Source: Amoebophrya sp. A120 (lineage: Eukaryota; Protista; Dinoflagellata). From it: a DNA stretch of 51,292 nt. Below, one piece after another: positions 12,001-24,000 of this stretch. The position numbers and the translations under genes are program-made. The stretch is taken from contig CAJINV010000013.1 in the NCBI GenBank assembly GCA_905178155.1, positions 1-51,292 on the forward strand, given 5' to 3'. Under the pieces are notes generated by a model, which saw only the letters and a program-made list of their open reading frames with translations, ran no database searches and was not told the DNA's origin. Position 1 is the stretch's first letter. Each line of letters opens with the position of its first letter.

Positions 12001-15000
12001 ATTTCTCCGTGACCTCCGCCAATCCTTCCGCCACAAACAGTGCAAAGGCGCCCATCGTCATTCCCTAAACCACCACAAGCACCGACATGTATGAACCTCC
12101 TGCAGGCTCTGTGGCGGACAATTGAAGTAATTCGTTCGATTTGAGACCTTCCGTCACCGCGATAATGCCTCGACTTTGTTTCGACCTGAGACTGATGCAC
12201 CGTGTACACCTCCGCTGCGATATCCTCGGAGCCAGACATTCCAGGCAGCCAGAGATTGTCGTAATTCGTAAGTTTCGTGGGGCTCAGGGCGTGCAGCAGA
12301 GATATTTCGTGGTCGGTAGTAATAGCATCCATCTGTGGAAGCAGGTGAACCATCGCCAAACGCAGCACGAACGAGATCGCAGCAAGCCGGTCGTCGGCAT
12401 CCCCGTCAAGATGCGTCCCTTCCACTTGCGCTGCTGATCCTCGTGCGGAAAGTATCGCAGAGAAAAGCAAACTCGTCAGATCAGATCCAGTACATTTTGT
12501 TCAGGCCGAACAGAAATACGAAGCGACCCGCTCTTTCCTTTCGCAACCCGCAGCCACCTTCTGCAATTAGCGGGTCACGCGGACTCCGAAGCCGCATGCT
12601 TTTTGCTGTCTTAGCGACGTGCTAGCGGCTCGTGCATTCCAGACCGCTCTTCGGGCACAGCTCTACAGATATTTCTTGTGGATTTTTGCATTGCCGACTG
12701 CTAGTCCGAATTTCAGCAGTGTTCGTTTAACATGACAGAAAATACGTCCCGATTTGTCAGCGTTGCGCTACTACAGCAGGGCACTCAATGCAAAACATAT
12801 CTAGTATCGAAAACGCAATTGATCGAGGCAGCTCTTTTTGCCGGTAGGGTTTGCTTTTCTATGTGATATGAGACTTGTGAACAACCAGGTGACGTTGCGT
12901 CGCAACCCCACCTGTTGAACCAGATTGCGCAACTTGCTCCTGTAGACCGTCGGCGTCAACGCCGTCATCTGGCGGGAACGTGATTTCGCACTGTATCAAA
13001 CTAAAAAAACCTCCCCCGCCCTGGAACAGAGAAGAAAAATTGTCGGCATAATTCTGAGCATGGCTAGCGCTACATACAGTCGGTCACAGAAGAACCATGG
13101 CAATTCAACAGACGCGTGCTGAGTAGTCCTTGGCACTGCAGCCACCACTCGCCTACAAGATCTGCACGATAACAGAATAGTACGACGGGTCGCCCTCGCT
13201 TGGAAGTGAAAAATGCCTGATAAGTACCTGAACGTCTTGGAAGACAAGTCAACTCGATTTTGTGCACATGTTCAGGTGCGAGCCAGCTTCCTTTGAGCAA
13301 CATGCCCATGGGGACGGCGGGGGGCTTTTACTCATGATACCCTGGGCCCAGCTTCGGCAGTAGTTCAGCACACGGCGCAATCCAGATGAGATGTCAAGTT
13401 TTTCCTTTTCAGCGGAGCGTTTGATGATTTCCCAGATCTTGTCGAGCACCGTTGGGCTTGGGCTCACATTGTGATGAAATACGTATCGTTGCACCGCCGC
13501 AAAGCGGACAGCACGCCAGAAGGGCTGGTCCTGCTCCGAGATCATCTCTTTCCTGATTTCGGGTTCCATGGCCTTCTGAAGCCATGGCAATAGTTCAATC
13601 TCGTTGTCCTCGGAAAGCGCAGCATCCAAAGCTGTCCAAAGCACATTCATGCTGACATAGGCTGTGTTGGCGAAATTTTCATCAGAAGAGGCGCCCGTCG
13701 CTTGTTGACTGGACAACCGCGAACTGCTAGATCCGGTTAGCTGTGCGCCATAGTTTACGTTTTCGGCCGGGCATGCTGTGTCCGCTGCTACATGAAAAAT
13801 TCCCCCAAACACATCCGGCACCACAGCAGCAGCAGTAGCGCCATTTTTGTTTCGTTCGTCTAGTACTCCCACTGCAAGCCAGTCATTCCTTTGCAGTAAA
13901 TTTACCAAAAAACTGAGGTCGCTTTTTTCTCGAATCAGGCGGAGAATGCGCCCCTGCAGGGCCCGTCCGTACGTGCGATCCTGCCAGAGCTGACGGGCCT
14001 CGTCAGCCAAAAAACTTTGCTCCCCATTCTCGGAAGCAGATGGCAAGGCGCTCAGGTTAGAGTCCAGCTTCTGTTGCAAAAGCTCCTCCGCTACTGCAAG
14101 CGATCCTTGGTGCAATTGAGCCTGGAATTTGAGAACCTGGCTTGAGGGAATGTGTGTGACCTGCTCGTTTAGTTGGGCTAGCGCGGTTTGAATATTCGTT
14201 AGGTGCACCGCAATGCTGTTGGATGAATTGTCGTGCCTCGTGGGCCGCAGGAGGTGGCGCTTATCACTGAGAAAAGAGCTAGCACAGTAGACCTGTATAT
14301 ACAAGACTGAATACGTCGCAGCGGCATCGGCCGTTAGAAATAAGTGTAGTTGATGAGCCTACGCAGGCACATTTCTGTCGAAGTGTGGTGCTCGTTGCAT
14401 TGTTGTACATCCATGGTCATGGATACAGTGCCTATGCTAGCCATTTTCTCTCAGGTATGCGGTTTGGGCCGCATACTCCTGCTCATACGCCTCTGAAACT
14501 GTATCAAATGGAAAAGAGCACCCATTCAACATTTGGGAAAATATGCTGCATTGCACTTAAATAGAGATTAGCGGCGCAAAAAAGGCCTGTCAAGAGCAAA
14601 CCCAAACTGTTTGCTTTCGGTGCCCATGCATTCATATCTTTTCCACGAGGACATAAATGAGTCAGTGGCGCCAAGAATTTCCTGTAAACATTCACTCATA
14701 CTATATCCCCATCCAGAATGGGCGCGGTTGCGGTATTTGAATCGATAGACGGCGCTTTGCAAAAACTTACTGAAGAGCCGCGGGTTACGCGGTCCACTTT
14801 GTTGTTGCAGACTATTGTCAAGTCGTGTCTGCCCGGCTTTGAGAAGCTCGAGCAGCTTTTTCACGAAGTACTCGAATGCGGAAACGTCGTGGATCGTTTC
14901 GTCCATATCGCTGTCGCTGCTGGTCCCGTCGCTCTCTTCGCTCTCTTCGGCGTTCGATCTTATTAGACTAGCTGACCCGAAACATTGTTGTGAATTATCC

Positions 15001-18000
15001 GAGCCGTTTGGTTTGCGAGTGCGTCGTACAGTACTATCGTGCAGACCTTCGAGAAAGATTTTCGCGGTCAGCAAACGCATGAGGGACCCGCTTTCCTCGT
15101 CTTCCATCCGTTCAAGAAGGGTGCACACAGCTTTGGGGTTCTTTACCAAATATTCAAGCAGCGGGCGAGATTTCTCGCCGAGGGACAACAAGCGAGCAAA
15201 GAACTCTCGCAAGATGCTGGGCGGAAAGACCGTCTCCTTCACCTGCGCCTTGCCACTTTCACGGCTGTCATGCGCGTTGTGTAGGGCAACATCGGCTAAC
15301 GTCGTGAAAAGCCCGACAACAATTTTTGGGTCACTTTCCATATCGATCAATATCCTGTTCAAAAAACGCCATGCTGCCCTCACCTAATTTGAAATGAGCA
15401 CGCCTATTAGCTCTGTGCCTGCTTAATCTTAATGAGAGCCGGATTACAACTTCGAATAAAATGAAAACAGCCGCTACGTGGAAATCGCCACTCGGGAAGG
15501 TGAAGGTGAAGGTCCAGCCTCCATTTTGCATGACAGCTGGCACCGGAACTTTTCAGCCAGGAAGCTGGGCTTCATAGAAAACTGATACTATGTTTACATC
15601 CAGTTAGAACTGTTCCGAGCATATAACATATCAAGCATCTCCACTTCTACCCGACCGAGAGCTCCGCGACTTGCACGATAAGTAAGTGTTTAGGTGAGCT
15701 AGCATCGGAATTTGATGGCGAGGGTGAGCATGGGGCAAAGCATAATGAGCACTCCATCTTTATCATGTCCTTTGAGCACGCGAGACAATGTAGCCGCGTC
15801 GCGTCCTGCGTTCGCGCCTGTGGAGGGCTGCGTCCGCTGAGCGTGGGTGGTTGTGTGCAGAAACACAGCCCACTTACTAAGCTCCAACTCTGCTTCCTTT
15901 TCGGCGGAAGTTGCATTGTCCTCGCTGCCCAAGATTGTCTGCGGGGGAACAGCGGCGCGCAGGCCGGGGAGAAACGCCCACAGATGAAATTGCAACCAGA
16001 ACTCGAATTTCCGCATCATCACCCCCAACGGTTGGGCATCGTCGTTCTTGCCGGTCGTCGACATTGTCCGTTGCCGCGTCGGGTGCATCGATTCCGACTT
16101 TAGTGCTCTGGGGGTATGAACATTCCCGCCATCGCCAACGGGAAGCAAGTCCTTGCTAAGAAGTTTGAATAGCTGCTCCATGCGGGTTGTATGGAATGCC
16201 AACAGCTCCTCAAAACGGTGGGGATAGGCGCTCATCAAGGCATTCATATCAGGCTGAGCATTTTGTGCGGAGGACGCGGAACCGGTTGGGACAATCGACA
16301 CAATCGCGGCGATCGCGATGTGATCGTGGGCTATGCTGAGGGGATGCAGGACTAGCGAGTCTCGAGTGAGGTCGCGCCACGCAGGATCTTGCTTAGCGTC
16401 CGCCTTCATAAGGTTCCGCAACACACGGCTGGCGAGCTCCTTTCGCCAGGCCTTGAGGCGGTCGCGGGGATCGGTCTGGCCATGGTCGCGAGGTGATGCT
16501 GCAGCTTGGGGTTTTTGTTGCGGTCGGTGGCGCCCCGCGAAAGCTTCTTTTTGTTTTTGCCCTTTCACTCCCTTCTCGCCCACCACTCCGGCCTGTTGCG
16601 GTTCTGGGTCGTTCAACAAGTTCACCTGTTCACGTACGGTGACACGAAGGAATCCGAGGTACATTGCGATTGCGCGCAAGTCATCAAGGAACAGACGGTA
16701 CACAAATACATGATCCGCGAGCTTCATAACTAGTTCCTGCAGCGTGATGTCTCGGACGCCGGTGGTTATGCCTCCTTCTCCTTCTACTGCTGCTCCGATC
16801 TCGCTGGTTTTAGCACCATGCTTGTTCAGTGCAATAGCTTCACCTCTAAGCAACTGTCCCAGCAGCCCCTGCCTATCTTCTACAGGTCGCAGAGCCTCCC
16901 GCACGTCGCGTTCTCCCGCGACGATCATTTCTGTCAGGTCGCCGATGAAAAGATCGACCGCGAGTTCCTCGTTAATCGGCATATCGCCCTGCGAGGAAAG
17001 GGGCAGCTTGGGAACTTTCAGCTCCGAAACTATGGCTCGAAAAGACCTATACAGGCTTGCAACCTCGCTGTCGTTCCTGCGACCTGCGTTCAGGTTCCGG
17101 CGAGCCAGTGTCTCGAACTGATCACTGAGGTGCTGAAAAACATGTGCAAAAAATGGAAATCGTAACGATTCCACAGCTGTAGTTGCCGCGATGTCGTTCG
17201 ACTGCGCCGTGTTCGAATTTCCCCACTGGAGCAGCTTGGTGCATGCGAAGAATAGGGCTCTTCGGTCACTTTGCACCTGGGTCTCCGGCGAAAGTGCAGA
17301 CGGTCCAACTGCCTCTGCGGTGCCGGAAGATGGAGGCGCGACTCCGCCAACGACGCCCTGAGAACTCAAAGGCTCTGCTGGATTCGACACCTGGCCGCGA
17401 ACCATGGACGAGATGTTTAGCAACAAGTTCCCATTGCGATTGAGCTGGCCCAATAGCCTCCCGACGCGCTTTGCCAGCTCGTCAAGGAAGTAAGATTCCA
17501 GGTCGTTGTGAAATGTCGTTGTAGTAATATTCACAGCGGCCCGCAGGCTGCCACTACCTCCGACGACAGTTTTCCTTTTTTTCGTCCGCTTTTCTGCGGC
17601 GGCGACCAACCAAGACGATTTCTCGTCGTCTTTTCTGGTGTTCTGAGTCGCGACCTGGCTAAAAACGAACTTCGCGAATGTCGCGCCGACCTCGGAGTTT
17701 TTATCTGCGAGCTTGAGCAAAGAGTTCAGAAGGAATGCAGGAGAATCTCTCGCGGCCTGCGCGGCCGTCTGTTGCCCCGTGTTCCGCTGCAATCCTGCTT
17801 GGTCACTCATCTCGACCACCGCGCCATGGAGGACCCGTTGCAGTAGGGACGTCAACAATTTGGGTTCACCACTACCCACGATGCTTTCATGTAAGACATT
17901 CGACATAGTGCGAAGCTGGATGAGCTTCTTAAGACTGGGTAGAATCTGACCGTCACCTGTGGCGTCTTCACCACTGACGGAAGCATCGTCAAGATGAGCC

Positions 18001-21000
18001 ACGCGCCACCCGTTTGGCTGCACTACGTACGGCACTGTAGCGTTGCTGTCGACAGCGCCCGTTAGCTGGACCAAGAACACGATAGATATGTCCAACGGCT
18101 TCTCGTGCGCGCTCGCAAGTGCACCAACAGGAGCGGACAGGAAAGGAGCGGCGAGGTCGGTGCTGTGTGCCCTATCTCCTGGCGCGCTGGTCGCAAAGCC
18201 AGTATCAGCGCCAGCACTGGGAGCCGATCGCAAGATCGCGGTACCACGGTCCGAGGGTAACACAGTGCGGCCCGCGCCAGGCTCGTCAGAAACGGGACCA
18301 TCAGCTCTGTGCTCTTGGAAGAAGCGCTCGAGGTCGGCCTCGAGGGCGTGTCGCGCGGATTCGATCAGGTGCACCGTGTCGGGGTCCGCTTTCAGCAAAA
18401 GGACGTGGCGCCTGGTCTTGCTCGTACGGGTCGAGCGCTTCTTTCGAAGGCTTTTATGGTGCTTTTCGTGGGACTCTCGCAAAAACACCCGCACAATGTG
18501 CGATAGATCAGCAGACGCACGCACCTCTCGAAGACTTCGCAAGTCGACCCGTAGTTGCTTCAGGCCCATCAAACTGCCCACGTAGTTCGGATTAAGGGCA
18601 CTGGAGAAGGTGGTTATTTGAACGCGCTGCACATTCACACGCGTTGGCGGGCCGGGGTCAGGAGCAGTCTCGTTCTCGGACGCGCCGGTCCTGGCCGCGG
18701 TCCCCACGAGGGAAGTAGGCGTTGCAGTTGCAGAAGCGGCAGCTACACCGAGTTGGCGCTTTGAAGAGTCGAGTATGACACTGTAAGTGCTGACCCAGGA
18801 AGGCGACGAAGCGTGTTCTTCCAGGGGCGCAAGAAGGAGATCCGCCAGTGTGCGTTTGTCCTCCGCTTTTTCCGGGTCACCAAAATACGTCCGATACAGT
18901 TCTCGTTCAAAGCTCGGCTTCTGTTGCATCTTCAGTTCTTGTCCTGCTGATCGATGTTGATGCACCAGCCACCACTCTTTTGCACGCGAACTTGCAAGGC
19001 AAAAGCTCTGCTGCAGGACTGCTATGACTGTATCGGGGTACATGTTTTCAAACAGTCGCCTGATGGAGCTTTCTGTAGCGGCGTCTTTCAAAGAACGTGT
19101 CGTCGACGCCTTCATCATGAGAGCCATTTTATTGCGCTGCGTGACCAACTCCTCCATGGCAAGCAGCGGTAATGTCTCGTCAGCAGAAAAGTGCGCAATC
19201 TTCTCCGGTGCGAGCACCATGTGTTGTGGGATGAAAGCTCGTAGCTTCAGTCTGACAGATTGAAGAACTTCGTTCTCCTCATGAGTCAGTAGATCTTTGG
19301 GGGAGAGACCGTACTTTTCCATGCGATTCAGTAGAGGGGTATCCAGTAAGTGCGGCTCTGGCTCCAAAATAACCAGCTTCGCTGTGCTCGCCACTTGCAC
19401 CTTCGTGTGGTCGTTACCGAGGCCCAGGTTGACGTACTTTTGCCCGGCAAATACCGTGTAGTACTGGTTAAGGGCGTCATACACCGCTTCGTAAATCTTC
19501 GCAGCGTTTACCAACACAACCACTTCGCCAGATTCGAGTCCATGCTTGACTTTATCAATGCAGCGATTCAGGAACGCAAGAGACCCATCTTCCGGAAAGC
19601 TACTCCCAAACACGATCGCTACCTCTTTCTCGAGAATGCCTTTCGCCTGCAACACATTTACCACGCCCAAGCTGCCTGTGGTCTTGCCGCGAGGCATAAT
19701 GAGTGGGTAGCGGACTGGGTGTTTGCCGTCAGGGTCGGGCTGTTGAAGGTTATCTTGCAGAAGCGCGTCAAGTTTAAGGCCATCTAGATGCTCGTGGCTC
19801 AGCTGCTCTTGTCCGCTTTCTGCCGCCTCCGCACCTTCAACAGCAACAGGCTCGATGCCCCGATTTAGGTGATGGAGCAGCTGGGCCTGCGCCATATTCT
19901 CCATTTCAGCCGAGATTCCCCCGAAGTTGCGCCGCACACAGTACGCCAACGCGTCGAGCTTAGCTTTCTGCAAAATGTCGGGCGGAACCAGGGAGGAGGC
20001 GTTATCTCTATTCCATTCGGCAGCACGCTGGTCGAGCATTTTGACAAAAGAATAGAAATCACGCAGGCCATAAGACGTAGCAGCGTCGCGCCCCTCACGC
20101 TGTGTCCCTCCGACGCCGGCAGCGCCATCCACGCTTTCGGCGCCATTTTCGCCGTCCTCCTCCATCCCGCTTTCCGTTTCGTTGTCCTCCTCCTCATCTA
20201 CGGCTCCGACAACCGCTCTGTAGCCGTCCACGATGGACTCAATGAGTCTGTCTCGCTCAGACGAGGTGCCCGGCGACTGCTCGCCTGCATCTCTTTGGGC
20301 CGCCGCACCGAAAAGAAGGCTGCCTTCGTGTCGGAAGATGGCGCGGGCGGTGCGGATCATCTCCGCACGATTGAGTTCCTCGCGCATGACCAGAATCGCG
20401 CGGTTCATCTTGGCGGGATCCAGATTCCAATTCGACAGACCCATAAAGGCCACCTTGTCCGTGATTCTCTGGCCGAAGTGGCCGTCCGGAGAGATTCCCG
20501 TCTCGAGAAGCGGATGCAGAGCTTTCAGAGGAAGATGCTGACTCTCTTCCGCGAGCCCGACCTCGTCCAGAACGACGACGGCAATCTCTTTACGGAGCTC
20601 GGCCTGGGTAATGCGTTCCAACTCGAGGGCGTGACCGGCTTCTTTTTGCGAAGCTGGTGTCACGCTTGCTGCGCAGCTCGCATCGCAATTTTCGTCACGG
20701 CCAGATGAGGGCTGCTCTTGCTGGCGAGAACCCTCTGCTTGTGCGCCCTCCGCTGCCACTTCGGTCACTGCTTTCTGCACGAGTTGCTGCTGCACCATGC
20801 TCGCCTTTTGAAAAATGTCCAGAATTGATTTTGCTGTGGAGTGCGGGGAGCATTGATTCGTCTGAAATGCCGTTCGCATTAGAGGTGCAAAATGCGTGGC
20901 ATGGAGATTGGTATGATTGAGCGTCACAGTGGAAAGTGAGACAGAAGCAAGTTTGACAGCGCGGCTCGTATCGCAGTTCTGCCTCACAAATTTATTTTTT

Positions 21001-24000
21001 CAATTGCTAGTAGTAGCACGAGCGGAGATACAAAATTTTTCATTCGGAAGTCAGAGGTCTTGCAACACAATGCTACTGCTTTCCTCGCACGGATGGGCAA
21101 TCTGTGGGTTCTCCTTAAAGAAAAACTGCGTGTGAACTCACAACCTTCATTCCAAGCCTTGTGTTAATTTTGTTTCTCGTTCTTGAGAAGAGAATCGTCA
21201 TGTTGCCAAATGTAGTTCCACCATGCTCTGTTATGTAGTATCGCATCATGCCCAAACGTAATTCTTTATGGTGCTTCAAATAATCAATCATTTGACACCA
21301 TCCATCCCAAAGCCACATTTGTTGCGCGCGTAACCGACCGAAGTCCTCATCTCGCTGAAAGAGCGGGACAGGCGAAGAGCTTCCCGTCATAACATCTTGC
21401 ACGATAGCCTTGCCCAACGATTTCGAGCTGCCGGGCTTTCCCACGATGAACACCGGGATGCGCAACTGCGCACACACGGCCAACAGCATTACGTTCTCCA
21501 AGAGCGCTTCGTTTGGCGCCAGGCGCCGTTCTGCGAGGTAGTCAGCCAGATCTGCTCTGAAAACTTCCTTGAGAGCAGCCGTAGCGCGCTCGAACTGCTC
21601 CAATTCGCCGGGAACGAATATGCTGTTTTCGGCCAGAAACTGAATTCGCTTCCGGACGGGAAGGCTCAGGAAATACGCGAAGTGCAAGCCCAAGGGAACA
21701 GCGTCGCTGATCAACTGATTTGCCTTGGCATAGGCGAGGTCGCTAACTCGCAACTGAATCGCGGCAGCCCCCTTGGCAGCAGGTACTTCTGAAGGTCCCG
21801 CGGCGCCGCCATCGTCGCGGACCCGTGCTCCTTGTCCCTCGTCGTCGACTTCCATTGCGTCTCCAGGTTGAGCAGTGTCTGCACCGTGTTGTTGAGAAGG
21901 TTTCTTCCAACTCCTTTCTCCGACAGGTGAAACCTTAAATTCTGTCCCCGCCCGAGGTATCCACTGCAGATATGTCTGCGTCGGGAAAGGTGCAGCCTCG
22001 TCGTGCTCCCTAACATTTTTGATTGATGTTTCTACGCCCTCTGACAGTCATACAATTACAAAGATCCGTTTTGCATGAGTAGCAAAAACTGTTTCTGCGC
22101 ACCTCGAGAGAGGATTTCTTACGCACAATAAGCATTGCAATAAAGCTTCCCTCGCAAGAGTTGTGAAATTTGGTTTCATGCGCATACTTACTCCAGATCC
22201 TGTGTGCCATCGCCATACATGACAAACTTCTGTGTTTTCCCTTTTCCAGAATCAGACATATTTGAAGTTGATACGGAGCTCGAACTCATTGTGCGGCCAC
22301 CTCTGTGTGATCCCTCCACAATCTGGCACGCGAGCTGCTTCTCTCTTCGCTTCCGCCAGGGTAGAGAATCTCAGGCGGCCGGTGGAGGGGGGGTATTCGG
22401 CGAGATACACGTCCGACTGCGATTCCCAGGCATCTTCCGAAAAATCCTCCATCAAGCGGTGGTGGATATTTTCGAAGTACTTCTGCCTCAAGTACGAGGT
22501 CGGGGACTGCAGTCGCTCCGCGAAAAAGCCAGTGAGATCCATGAAACGCTCCACATCACGCAGGCTAACCGCTCTGAGCACCGTTCGGTTCCCGCCCTCG
22601 GGATTGGGATCCTTCCCACGGATGAATTGATGAACGTTCAATATTTGGCTCAGGATCCTGTGGGTTGTTACCTGTTCGACGGTAAACGTGTAGAGAATGC
22701 GACGCAGCAGAGCCGCTGAGCTTCTGTTGTTGGCGTAACCCTCGCGCCAGTCAAAACACAAGGCTTTGTTCTCCAGCAGCTCAGCGTACGGAATATTAAT
22801 GACGCCGGTAGGAACAGTCCTGGTTTCCCGCTGCTGTAAACCGGGTGTGCCAGCATCTCCTGTCCCATCGCCCAAATTCTGGCCTGCGGCGGCTGCATGT
22901 GGTTCCCTGAATTGCAACTGCTCGTGGAGTGCGGGTCGGCCATGCTTCTCGACCTCTGCAGCGACGTAGTCCTCGAATATTTTGAAATCATTCCGAAAGC
23001 AGTGGAACATTTCCGACAAACTTTGCCGCAGAGCAACCGGGATTAACCGGAAACTGCTGTTGTCACTGCCCTATCGAATGCAAATACGTCTGGGTCTGGA
23101 AAACGAAAACTGAAAGTGGTAATGCGTGTTTCTCAAAGGGCGGAAAAACCAGCGCTGCCGGAGCAGCGAAAGCAAAACCTTCTTTTTCATACAAAAGCGC
23201 AATTTGCAATGCGTGCCAGGCATCACAAAGCGTTCGAAAAGCTTGTCATGTTCGGCTGCCGTTGCAAGCGCTGCAAGTGCAACCATCCGTAATGGAGCAT
23301 CAGTCATAGGTTTTTGGGTTCAGACATATTTGCAATGGATATGTCAGCGGCCTCCGGTTCGTCGCTATTATGCTGGACCGGAAGCGCGGGTGCTGGCTCT
23401 GCTTGCCCTGCATCGTTAGTGCCGGCATCGGTAATAACGGGTGGAGTTGGCTCCTGCTCGTTGGTGTGCTCGGCCTGGGAAGCAGCAGTGCCGTGATTGG
23501 CGCCCCCGACGCCCGGCCTTGCGGCATGCGCATGGTTCATAGCTTTTCTCACATAATAACTTTCATCGCGAAAGTACCGAAATGCACGAGCAAGGGCGCC
23601 TTTCAGAAGACGCTCTTTGTCCTCAGGGGGTTGGGATGAAGCAGCGATTGCTGTTTCGTGTCCTTCAGACGCAGCAGCAGCAGCGGGTCCCGCTGGACCT
23701 GACTCTGCGACGGCCGCCACCGCGCCGGAAGGGGGTGCAGCGGGGTCCTCTACCGATAAAAAAACATCCCGCTCGATGTCACGGATCTTGTTTTCTCCTT
23801 TCTTAGAATCTTTTCTTAACTTCTGAATTTCCAGCACCTTGTCACGCCAGACCTGTTCCTGATCCAGCACCACTTGCGCGGTCTCCGAATCACCACGACC
23901 ACTACCTTCGCTGACTGTGTCTCGCTGCGCGCGGCTCAGAGAGGGTTTCGGAGCAGGTCGAAGTCGTCCATCGTGCAGCATAGATTGGATACGTCGCAGG

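Noticed and set aside
23072-23341. TIR mismatches biased toward G-U wobble pairs in the pre-mRNA
   Set aside because: Many of the transitions give A-C mismatches on the transcribed strand, so simple transition bias suffices.
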